From: Dudresnaya verticillata
Lineage: Eukaryota
Length of the DNA: 64,000 bases
NCBI GenBank assembly: GCA_977862235.1
Contig: OZ374557.1
Coordinates: 2,728,001 to 2,792,000, forward strand
Reading direction: 5' to 3'
The notes under the pieces were generated by a model. The model had not been told where the DNA came from. It saw nothing but the letters and a program-made list of their open reading frames with translations, and made no database searches. Below are positions 11,378 through 23,210 of this stretch, one piece after another (position 1 is the stretch's first letter; each line of letters starts with the position of its first letter). Position numbers and translations under genes: made by a program.

Positions 11378-12620
11378 CTTCAGCAGTTTTTTCTTAGTGA
11401 ACCGAAGAGAAAAGTGAAGGAACAAAGTTCTTCTGCTCCTTGTTGTCCAGCTACAAAAGGGAGGCTAGCAGGACAGGTTCATGTATCCCGTTGCAATGAC
11501 GCGTGCAATACATTAAACTGCATGCATGCCTCGCGTAGGATGCAAGCATCCACCGTGAAGCTCCTGCATATTTTCGCATATTTCCGACTCGCTTCTCATT
11601 GGTTCAAGGGGCCGGGGCTTGCCCCGTGGGGCAGGCCCCGACCTCAGAGCGCGGGGCCCGATCCTAAGGGGCAGAAATATGTCCCTCTGGCCATTCAGAG
11701 GCCGGAACGAAATTTTGACAAGTGTTACCACATGCACATTTATTATGATTTCAATTGGACTATCGTATATTCCGTACAGTTCATTGGTGGGGACTATACA
11801 AGTGGAGCAATCTTCCTACCGTTGCAGAGCGCTTTCAAATTCATAAACATACTCAATGCCGATAGTAACAACCCCTGCATAAATCCACTGCTGTTGGAAC
11901 CACTCCTAGGTGGTGCCGACAATAACGCACAACAGCCCGCATCCTGCATAACCAGCACAGATTAGTAGGGAGTACGTAGGTTAAGATGAGAATAGTTTAA
12001 TATCAAATATGCATACGACTACCAGGGTACTACGATGCTACTGATAACTGAATAGCGGGTAAACGACTCCTTTTGTGGCGCAGTTGGTACCGTTGATGCA
12101 TCGTTGCACGCATCCAAGCAAAGCATCCGGTCAACAGAACAGAACGGGGTCGAACAACAGACACTCTCACACACTAACCAACATTAAACACACGGACTCC
12201 GTCGGCAACAGTAGCATTCAGCACACGACTCGGCCGGCCAATTGGCGTCCAGCCTCCGCGACACTGTCAGCCTCTGTCACGGGTCGTGACCATCCGTAAC
12301 ATATCTTCCATCTCCTGTTCAAAAATAGCCGTTCCATTTCTTATCGCTGTACACGTCGCATACTAGGCCACCTACCATCTCCAATCCCCATCTCATCTTG
12401 TGTTCCCTGTTGATCGTTGATTGAGTGTCTTGCTTTTTGCCGCTTTCGATACTCTCACAATGCCTCTCATAACTCAACAACCGTGGCCCGACAAAACCCC
12501 TTTCTCTTCCCTTTCTCCACTCCCTCCGCCACCCTCTCCCTGTACCCCTATTCCGCTTCACTTTCAATCCTTTTTGCCCCTGCTGTTTCAGACTATCGAT
12601 TTCCTCTATTGCCACCCGCG

Positions 12621-15170
12621 ATGAACGCCGCCGCCGCCGCAGCTCCCGCTGCTGCTGGCGCTGCGCGTGGCCACGGGCCTGCACCTCGTCCTCGCCGCTG
12701 TCTCCCCGCGCGGCTCGGCGCTGAGCGCTTCCGCCGCGGCGCTCCTCGTGCTGCTGCTGCAGTCGGGCTTTGCGCACGCGCACGCGCACTCGCGCGCGCA
12801 CGCCGCCCGCGCCTTCTCCGCCGCGCGTATGGCCTGCCTGTACCTGGCCTACCTGCTGTCGCTGCTGCTGCACGTGCCGCTCTCGGCATCGCCGCGCGCG
12901 CGCGCGCTACCGCGCGTGCTCGCCGCGTCCGCGGGTCTGTCGCCGTACGTCGCCGTGCTGCCGCCGCTGCTGGACGTCGTGCCGGCCGCGGACACGCCGC
13001 GCGCGCTGCATCTCCCCGCCGCGCTGCTGTGCCTCTGCACGCCGGTGCAAGCCGCGTGGCTGTCGCACCCGCCGGCCGCGCGTGACGTCGCGCGCGCAGT
13101 CATGCTGCTCGACTTTGCCGCCTTTGTCCCGTGCCTCGTCTGCGTCCCGGCCTTTGCGCTGGGCGTCGTGCTGGCGCAAGCCTTCTTGCGCGCGGCGGAC
13201 AAGCCACCGCCGCCGTTCGCCGCGCGCTGCAGTGACGCGGTTCTGGACGCGTTGGCGCTGTTGGTCGCCATGCGAATGGTGCTGCCGCTGCTTGTCGCGC
13301 TGCAGGCCTCCTAGGGGGAGGAACAGCAGCAGCAGCCGCCGCCGCCGCCGCCGTTCCTCGCCAGCTGAGCCGTGTGTGGCCTGCTGCTCCCGCCCATGTG
13401 CACGGTCGAGTGGACCCTAGCGGCGCTCTCGCGGGGCGGTGGCGACGTGCATCCCGCCGAGGACGCAAGGCAGCCGTTGCGCAGCTTGTCCGCCTTCTCG
13501 TTCACCGTGTACATGATGGCCGGCCACGTGTGGCGCATGCTGGGCGCTTCGTGCCAATCACACCGACACATCAAGTGGTACTGCCTTCCTCGCCCCGTTT
13601 CGCCGCCGCACGTCACAGTGGCGGCACCCGGAGCCGGAAGAGATGCTCACCAGCACGGCTGCCGAGGTGGGGAGGAGGCTGCTCAGCGTCTCCACTTTTG
13701 GAGGGCTGGCAGTGCAACTGCTCGTGTATTTGCCAGCATTGCTTGTCGTGTCCGTGGCGGTGTATCTCGGCGTGCAGGCACCGCTAGAGGCTTTTATTGT
13801 GTCTGCGCTTGAGCGCTTGATGCAGCTTGCGGAGGATGGCTTGTTGTCGCAATCTTCTTTTTGGTCGCGCGTGGTGGTATTGCTCTGTGTGGGGCCTGAG
13901 AGAGGGATCAAGCCGAAGAGGAGCGGTTCTTTTGCAGAGCGCGTCATTCGTGTGCTGCTATACTACCTGGGAGGCGCGTTCTGCTTGTGGTTTGTATTCC
14001 GGTACAGCCTGCCAATAACGATTCACGTGTTGCACACAAGGCCAGGTTCGGTATTTTGCCTTCTGCCAGGATGGATCTTGCCTCACAGATCCAGGAGCCT
14101 TCAATTGGCGAAATAGTGGTTCCACAAGAGTATACGCCCCCCAATGGGGCAATGTACAAAGCAAGGGCTCTCAACTACGCAATAGAAACATCTCCAGCAA
14201 GATCAATGGCTTGGATTGTACATTTAGAAGAAACACGCTTTGATTCGGATACAATACGGGCGATTTTGCAGCACTGTGGCAGAGAAACATACTTGACGAG
14301 GGTGACAAAATCACAGCAATGGCCACGAATAGGGCAAGGGCCGATTCTTAATGGACGTGCCCTAACATATAGATATGTTACTGGAGGCGACTTAGGAACT
14401 GGAAACTGGTTGACCACGCTCGCGGATTCGGGCCGAGTCTCCGATGACTGCGGGCGTTATCGGATACAGTATGAGTGTGGCGAGGTATGGGTTGGCATGC
14501 ACGGATCGTTCGTGATTGTCGCGAATTGCGTGTAGCAGGAGGTGACGTTTGACCATGCAGTAGACGGAAGAATAGCGGAGGACGCATTTTTCGCACTATT
14601 GGCTCGCGCGAAAAACGTGCGGTTTGCTTGGATTGATGCATTAATGGTCGAGCAAAGCCCGTTCACGGTACAGGACTTTGTGGAGCAACGAGCACGATGG
14701 CTTGTTGGTGGGTTGCGAGTGGTCTCTAGCAAACAAATCCCATTGCGCCTGCGGTTTCTCATGAAGATGCTGACAGGGTTGTGGGCTCTGATGACGCTGA
14801 CATACACGGCACTGATCGTATCGATGCTCTTCGGAAGTGGGGAGGGGCAACGCTCCGCCGGAAACTACTACTACTTTCACGTACTACTGCCACTCCTGGC
14901 CGCGGTATCGCTCTGGAACTACATATTTGGATTCCTTGTGACCTTTTCGATCCGCAGTCTCGGACCGATCCGGTTCATAACATTGCTCTACCTGCAGCTG
15001 GTGCTGTCGCCAGTTTTCGGTGTGATGGAGGTGGCAGCGGTATCGTGAACTTTCGCAAAATATCTGGCACGTTCCACGTGGTGGAGAAGGACGGTCCACC
15101 GAGTGGGACGTCTCCCTCGCGAAGAGACAGCACGGGAATTGCAGGAGAGAATACGCGACTGCTGCCATGA
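12621..15170 (+). pseudogene. Egghead/BRE-3-like GT2 beta-1,4-mannosyltransferase with a multi-TM N-terminal extension; disrupted
   Basis: Motifs: IVVPQEY..PNGAMYKARALNY, WIVHLEET (egghead HLDEET lacking D), IGQGPI, NWLTTLADSGRVSDDCGR, GMHGSFV, TFDH..DGRIAEDAFFA, EQSPFTVQDFVEQRARW, FHVVEK. In-frame stops at 13312, 13366 and 14533, plus several frameshifts. Confidence 0.8.
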
Positions 15171-16817
15171 CGCGCACGCGGATGTATTGTATCGTAGCGA
15201 GAGCTGGGTCGCGCATTACCGGGACCATCCCGAACTATGCGGGCTTTCTATCGTCGCGCTTGTAAACACAATAAAATCATCCGAGACGTTGGGGATATGC
15301 AACCATCTCGAGGAGAAGAACCATTTCCCCGCCTGCTTCAAGGCTTGTACATAACAAACTCCTGCGCACGTGAAAGTGTCAACTCGTCACTGTCGCAGCC
15401 ACGCCCGCCGTATCGCCAGACAAGCTCGAACGTACGGCAGCAAACGCATCGCCGAGACCCGCGCAGTTTCAGCATCGCCATCGCAACGACGGCCCTCCAA
15501 GGCACGCTAGCTCACGAGGCCCCTACACTCTGCCACTCGAGCATGCGCGCACAACACACATGTTGTAGCCGCATCACCTCCAAGCAGTCCGCCTGCTTCC
15601 GCAACGCGCGCCGGTAGTTTCGTCGTGCGCGTCGCTACCGCCACGACAGCCGAGGCTGACGCCACGCGCACGCAGCTCCACACGGGTCGCGCGGGACGTT
15701 CGTCATGTCATGTTACTGAACGTAGGCGGAATGAGTACTGGTTACCACAACGACTATGAAACTCTGAATATCGAACATTGGTGACAATGAAATTATGAAG
15801 CATTGAGGTGAATTTACTGTATAGCGAGATGTCGCTGTACACCGGGAGATACAAACTGGTTTAAGTTGATTTAGCATTTGCCCCTTTCGAGACATCGGTT
15901 GAAACCTCGCGCGCACGGGTAACCGGTTACGATCCTGGAAGCCGTTTTGCAGTTGTTGGACTTTTGCTTCTCGTTACAGCACTTAAGCCGTCGTGTGTGA
16001 CTGCGTTGAGATGTTCCTACTCTCACCGCTGCGTTTTCCCAGTCCTTGTCCCACAGGTCCGGTCCAGAGCTGCTCCGATTGGACCATTGGATTGGGCTGG
16101 TTGGGACGGCAGGGTGCGGGGCTCCATGGGCTATCTGCTGGACTCCGCTGGATTGGTAGGTGGGGCGCTCCTAACATGAAATAAAACGACGGATATCGGC
16201 CTCATTCTTCCACAATATGTGCAAGGATACAATCGTGCCCGGGGGGGCGTGGTCGACATTGCTGTGATGGTCAGAGCGCCTGAGTTACATCGTGGAAGCT
16301 TCTCAGTCGACTTCGGGAGTCGCTACCACCTCGTGGCATCCCCTGAGAAACGAAAGTTTGCGGTGTTTGGGAGGCTAACTTGGTGAGACCGGGATCCAAA
16401 TCACCTGTGTTAACAGATGAAACAAACACCTTTTTTACTCAATGGATCAATCCCCTCCATCGCCGGCGTGAAGGCCGAGCGACGACTGATGAAGTCCTCA
16501 CTGTCTGAGCGACCCGAGGCAGGGTCGCTCAGAGACCCCAAACAAAGGGGTGAAGTCCACCTTACATGGCTGACATCCTAAAATACAATTAAAACTGGAC
16601 GGTGCGACCGCAGGAGGCGCCTGGCCGGAAATCCCAAATGTCGCCAGAAATAAAAACAAAACAGATAAGCGGCGGCGCGCAGCGCCGCTCCCGGTGAGCT
16701 CGAACCCTACCCTCGAGCGCCACCGGAAGCAAATCGGTGCTGGCGACCCCGCCAGGGCCACTTACGTCAGCCCGGCCGCGCCGGCCGGAGTACGAGTACG
16801 TATGATAAAAGAAACAC

Positions 16818-17039
16818 GTGGGCTCACGTGGCATGACCGTTTCAACAGAGGAGAAGAACGCAAATATTCTCGTTGAACTAACTACCTTCTGTCCGGATCA
16901 AGGGTCCGTATTGGATGTCTACGCTGGGACAATGACTACGGCTTTAGCTCGTCTGATATTATCCCGCCGCTGTACAGTCGTAGAGAAGAACCCGGTAACC
17001 TTCAGGCTCGCACGCAACCGTCTGTATCGTGTACTGTAG
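16818..17039 (+). pseudogene. C-terminal remnant of a beta-class N6-adenine/N4-cytosine DNA methyltransferase
   Basis: EEKNANILVELTTFCPDQGSVLDVYAGTMTTALA...RRCTVVEKNPVTFRLARNRL follows the N6_N4_Mtase C-terminal pattern (K-P..L..LI, G..VLDPF.G.GTT..A, R..I..E, A..RL). No catalytic DPPY motif seen. Confidence 0.6.
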
Positions 17040-18304
17040 CATCGGATATGGGTGTGGACAGGGACCCCCATCCTGAAGTGCAGTAAGAGCAGCGGACAGC
17101 GGCGACTCGCGCCCCGCAAAGAAGCTACTGTAATCCTGTACTGTAACACTTTCCTGAAAAGGCAGTGATATTGTGCTACTTACGGCTCCACTACTGCACA
17201 GCAATGCGCACAACAACACCGACACGAGGACAGAACCCACAGCGCTGTAGACCACACTCTATACGCTTCCCACTGTGACCGTCGGCTAATCTCACATATA
17301 CTGTACGACTCCCAATTATCACGACTCCCGGGCGCGAGGCCAGTCCCTACGGAGGGGGTAGGGCACGATCGTGACGATTCCTTTTGTCCAGTTTCTCTAC
17401 CAAAACGCAGCAAACAAAGGTGTATCATAATGCGTGACATGCGTTTTCCAGCTCTGCGTCGGGCCAACCTTTTGTCCAATTTTACTTGTCGCTCTGGTAT
17501 TCGCCGCCGCGCTGCAAGCCCGCTCCTGGGATTGGACGCCCTGGGTGGCACGCTTCCTTGCAGCGGCCTATGCAGCGGGAATCGCCGCAGCGCTGGGGGC
17601 GCCCCTGCCCTCCGGGGACCGGTCCGCTCCCATCGAGACCCGGGGCCAGGAACCGGACCGTGGCCCTCGGTCCGGGCCGGTGTTGACGCGGGGTGCCACG
17701 CGCCGGGCTCTTACCACCAGGTGCACAGCATGTACACGTCGCCACGCCACGCTCTCCAGCAATGCATTGGTGCGCTCTACTGGGGATACCCACGGACAAC
17801 AGGGGGACATCTTCATCTGCATTCCTATTCGCCTATCCGGGACATACACCCCCCTTCCCTCCCGCGGGCCACCCAGCCATGCCCGCTACCACTGTAACGA
17901 CAAACACCGCCATCCAGCGCTATCGCCCCGTCATCCTGCTCAGTGCACACCTCGCTCTAACTATTGTGGCTTCTTCCAGACACTGTCACCGCTATGCTAT
18001 TCCTCTCCTTCGCAGTAAGAACACCCGCTGTGCCCCACCGCAAGGTGTAGACTTCACCATGATGCTGAAAATACTAAGTCTTTTCATTTACAATGAGTAC
18101 ATACTGCGACATTCCCAAACCCCGATGAACTTCAAGACACACACGAATAGCATTTAACAACATGGCAGTAATGCCAAAGATTCTCATACTAGCAAGCTTT
18201 TCCTAACAATCGCCTACACTTCACTTCATGAATAGTAAAAAGTGTATTGAGCGGTAACGGAGATAACGACTTATCTTACGAAACAATGCTGAGTCCAAAA
18301 CTGT

Positions 18305-21300
18305 TCAAAGGTCGAAACTGACCTTCTTGTTCTCAATTGCCAAGCGCAAAAGACAGCGGCGGACAAAGTCAATCTGTCCTTCTCTCGGTTCCCAGATTTC
18401 AACGGCGGATCCATGATGCTGCTCAATGCACCTCTCCCAGTACCATCTCCACGCCTTCTCATCTTCCACAAGGGTTGAACTATCTCCGACGATAACAAGC
18501 AGCTTTCTAGCTCTACTGCAGGCCACATTCGTACGCCTAGTGTCCTTCAGGAACCCAATGGATCTATTCACGTTACTGCGCGTCGATGATATTATAACCA
18601 CGTCGCTGTCCGACCCTTGCATAGCATCAACTGTTCCAACTGTCACATTGAAGTTCTTAAACTGCTTCATGAAATCCCTCGACAGATTATTGTGGAGAAG
18701 CATCACCTGCGAACGGTATGGAGCCAGAACAGCAACTTCCACAACCTCTTCCATTTCCCCATTTCGCGCTTGCACGCTCGCGATCCTTCGAAGCAGTGAT
18801 TCCACAATCCAGCTCTCAAGGTCATTGACAAAACTTCCTTTTCCGCGCTGCAGACGCTCGAATCGGTCTCTACAAGCAGAAGTATCGACAGTTGTGAATG
18901 GAGAGAAGGCGTCTGTGTCCTTTCCTTGTCATTATAGTAAGCCAAGTGATGAGGAAGAACATCCGGGTGCTGCACAAGCTCGCCATAGAATGGCACCCTG
19001 TGTAGTTTTCCTATTCCGGGATGTGAGCGGTACTGTTTGCGAAGCATCGTTCCGCTGCAGCGCCGCTTTTCGACCAACCTTTCAAAAAAAGACCGTATCT
19101 GATTCTTGTAATGGGCTTGGTGATTGCCATTAGATTGCAGGACGCTCATCGCATGCTTCGACTTGAGAACCGGGGGCAGCCGCTGGTGGTCACCTGCAAA
19201 GCAGAAATGGTTCACGTCGGAACGATTGTCAACGGAACTCAATGGTATCAGACTCTCCGGCTCAAATACACCCCCCGCCTCATCACAAATTACCATATCA
19301 AACTTGGCTTGCATCGCCCGGAACGTCCCACTCCCAACCAAACTATTCGTCTCTAGGTACACGAGAGAATTCTGAATAGCTTCCTTACGCGCTCGAGAAG
19401 AAGGCTTTTCCGGTTTTGGAACTGTGGAGTCCAGCTGCTGAACTTCCTGCCAACCTTCCTGCTCGTACTTCATTGCACGTTCCCGAAGAGACTGCGACCA
19501 TAAGTCCTTGAAGTCGTATTTGTGTCTGGCTATTCGTACCAATTCTGGAACTAGATTGTCTTCCCCGATACCTTTCAACAACCGGCGCGCAACATTGTCG
19601 ACTGCCTGATTGCTGGAGGCCGTGACCAAGATACGCATTCCTCCTCTTTTCTGCGACCCAGGACAATTGACTTTAACCACGTTTCTTCCATTTTCCTCTT
19701 CAATCTTCTTTGACTCCTCACTAAGGTGTCCTTTCACGGAGTGATGCAACAGCGCCATGATTAAGACACACAAGCTAGTCGTTTTTCCGGTTCTTGGAGG
19801 CCCATGAATATAACTCGCGGAATTGGAGCCCTTCTCACAGCCCCCAATGCGTCGCAAACACCTCAGAACAGCCTTCCTCTGCGAAACATTGCACTCCGAC
19901 TCGGATAATGTGTCGAGGAATGCAAGGCATCCTTCATCAACACCGTTCCTGAGGGCTTCCATAGGAGTCTCAAGGTCTGTGGGTATCGCGTTTGAAGAGT
20001 CAACATCACCAAACAGAATATTCTGAAGTCCCAGCGGGAGATTTGCGACGTAGTGAATACCGCGCAGCATTCTCTGAGGCAATACTATGGTGGAGAACGG
20101 TCGCAGGTAAAGGTGGTCATCCTCCTTCGGATCCCAACCGGTGAGGAGCATTCTACTCCCACACACTCTGACCATGACCTCATCGATCTTGCGTCCTAAT
20201 CCAACTTCATCCAAATCCTCGCGTTCAAAGTGCACACTGCGGATCAAGAATATTGCTGCCGGCGAGTCTGGTCTCTTCGGTAGCTGCAAATCGCGATACG
20301 AATAGTCCTTGAAGAAACCGACGCAAGCTGTCATTCCGGTGAGCGACCGCACAATCTGCTCGTTGAGCTTCGGATCGTGGCTCTCGCAATTTAAGTTCAT
20401 CAGCAGAGCGGATGGCGTGACTTTTCCAACCCTCATCATAATCAAATTCGGGTAGCGAAGATCTGTCGCTTTGCGTACGAGAAAATCCGCTCGTTGCACC
20501 AGTGTCAACCTAGGACGCCTAGCTCCGGCCTTCGGAATGCTGAACTCCTTGATAAGGTCAGCCTGCAAGCAATACTTCGCCTCCAAATTCACCACAGCCG
20601 TCCAGTGATTGGAATAGTTCCTCGCATCCCTGAGTTTGGAACAGTCTGGCTCTACATGTTGGTGGTTCCACTGCGTGAATACCTCTAGCCACTCCAAATG
20701 CTCTTCATCCAGAAGGCTACCTGCCGTTTTCGAACGCTCTTCAGACTTGTGATTACTCCACAACCCTTGTATGAGACTGGGATCAATCTCGTGGCTTGTG
20801 ACGGTGGCATAGAAAATCTCATTCTCCACATCTAAAGACTTTCCTGCCTCCAAACGTTGCTGGGCAGTCACGGTGCGCATCTCCTGTTCTAGTTTCTTCT
20901 GTTCCGGGGACGTCTGAATAGCATCCTCATTGTCGGAGTCAGGATAATCCAAATAGTAGCGCTCCTCGTGAGGACGGAACGTGGTGCATCGTCTGAGTGT
21001 CTAGACCGTGCTTGAACTGCATCTGGTAGGGCTTCAAATCAGTACGCCTCTTCTGACGAGCCGGACCCTGTCGAAATGCAGTCCTGCCGGATGCCGCCGG
21101 AGCGCCAACAGCATCAGGAAGATCAGGCGATGGAGAAACCGCAGGAGACGCACGAGAAGCAGTCACACGAGGCGTCGGAGTTTGGGATGGCGTCGGGATC
21201 CCTGAAGATATCGGTGGCGGGGGGCTATCGACGGCAGGACTCGACAATGCGCCGTGAGGTTTCCGTCCTTGGTTGACAACATTGCTATTCCTTGGTGCCC

Positions 21301-22418
21301 ATCCCAGCCTGTCCAGAGCCCCGGGACTGTCCGTAGTTGGAGCAGCGACAGCGGCAGACGCAGGCGATGCACCATTGGCCGCGGCAGCGACAGGAATAAT
21401 TTTCTTGAATCTCATCCTCGTCATCCCGCGATCGCTTGCGGATATCCGCGGTAACATCAACGACTTCGGTCGTCTCCCTAACCTGCCTAGGCTCGTTGAG
21501 GTCAATAATCGGAATATCGATGGAGGAAGAGCCCCTCGGAGCAGGCTGCCCTTTCTGCATATTCTCCCGTGAGTTCCTGGAACTGCTCAAGCGTGCCCGA
21601 GAACGAAGAAAAGAGAGGCTATTCCCAGGATTATCCACTCCACAATTGAGTCTTGCCCACACCTGTTGTACAGCATAGTTATTGTGCTTCTTCTCTTCAC
21701 GAGACATGAGAAGACGTCCCGGAATCTTCCGGACATCTGCTAGCGTTGCATAATTACGAATAGCATCGTCCAGTATCTTGGGCTTGAAAATTCCCTTGAA
21801 CGCATCGTTTCCAGCTTCTTTTCCATCATCTGGACATCCGTTCACCTCTTCGACCAACTTTCTGAACACACGCGAGAGACTGTTCCTGACTCGAGGCGAC
21901 GCCCCTTCCAAAGACATGAACTGATTCGCGCTATGACCAGAACAAACCAGCATCCAAACCGCAACCTCCTGGATGAGGTGTTTGCACCAGTGCAGAAGGC
22001 ATTTCCTTACATCTTCAGCGGTCACAAGTTCCCCTTCGCTGTTGTGTAGAATCTGAGCAAGAATCTCTGTATGCAATAGCATACACGTCTCGGCTATTCT
22101 CCATCCCTCAACCATCGACTGATACAGAAACGAAGAGGCTTCTTGTGACGACATCATACGGGAGCCCCATGAAGCAGCTAGGTATGTCTCGAACATGCCA
22201 ACCATCGGATCGAAGCCAACTTCGGAACCATTGCTTCCCGAGTGATGCTTTCCGAACCAACCACACAACGTACCCGCCAGCGTCACAAACCTGAGAAATG
22301 TCATGCAGCAGATCTTTCGCGCTTCCTCCGAATACCTCGAAGCGATGTCTGCGACTTTGCGAGTCTCTCCCCAATAGTTGACTAGTCCTGGGCGATCAAA
22401 CTGGTCGATGAACTCCAT
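18305..22418 (-). pseudogene. Sen1/Upf1-like (DNA2/NAM7) SF1 helicase with a long N-terminal region; frameshifted
   Basis: ORF 18703-20952 has IHGPPRTGKTT, ILVTASSNQAVDN, VICDEAG, AGDHQRLPP, SFFERL and MLRKQYRSHP. ORF 18305-18805 has VLAPYRSQV, GTVDAMQGSDSD and RRTNVACSRAR. Overlapping ORFs 20939-21505 and 21285-22418 probably form the N-terminus (inference). Confidence 0.85.
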
Positions 22419-23132
22419 TGAGAACGCATCTTACGCATCAAACGGGCGAGATGCCGCTTTGGTCCACTCGCTTTCCTTGAGAACTCGGAAAGCTGAGTTG
22501 GCTTGAAGATACCCTTTCACTTTGTTGCTCCAGACTGATGAACCCTGGGAAGACTCTATGCCGAAGATGGTCTCCCCGGGGGCGTTTCCTGAAGTCAGCC
22601 TTCAGTCTTGATGTTGAACTCAGCGCGCTGCGGCGAAGAAAAGTCAGTAATGCTGTTCCGTGCGAGTGTGCGTGGGGAGTGTGCAGGCAGGCGGGCTTTT
22701 TCGCAGGGATTCGCGAAGTTCGTGTGGTTATATGCTATTCGAGCGCTCGGTTCGTCCCGCTTTTTGCGCCCTTTCCAGCTTTCATGCGCGTGTGCCAGTC
22801 TTGAAGCTCGTCGGAGAAGGCCGGTGGGGCGCGTATGCGTAGCCACTTCTGTCGATTTGCACCCATCTGTGTCGCAGAGTTGCACTGTAAGATACCTTAC
22901 AGTGCTCCCGCCGTCGGCGACCAACGCGCCGTCCGCGCGCGACGCGCGCGCCCGACTGCAACTGGCTGGGCTACTTCAAGCCCCGCTGACCACTGCAGAC
23001 CACCCCCGCTCCTCGAGAGCACGATCGAAGTAGAAGAGTAAGCAGCGTTGACGAGAACGTCCGTTGCGTCAGCCGCGGTGGTCTGCCGTAGCCCTCTTCC
23101 CTTGCTTCGATAAACCTCGCCCACCTCTCTGA

Positions 23133-23210
23133 CCCGCTCGCTCCGCTCGCGCCCCGCCTCGCTCCGCTCGCGCCCCGCTCGCGACCCGCTTCGCCCCGCT
23201 CGCGCCCCTT
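23133..23210. repeat. GC-rich minisatellite (CCGCTCGCGCC-like units)
   Basis: About 6 imperfect copies of CCGCTCGC(G/T)CC read directly. Confidence 0.6.

Noticed and set aside
12319..13468. Multiple overlapping Arg/Ala-rich ORFs on both strands
   Set aside because: Shadow ORFs caused by extreme GC content.
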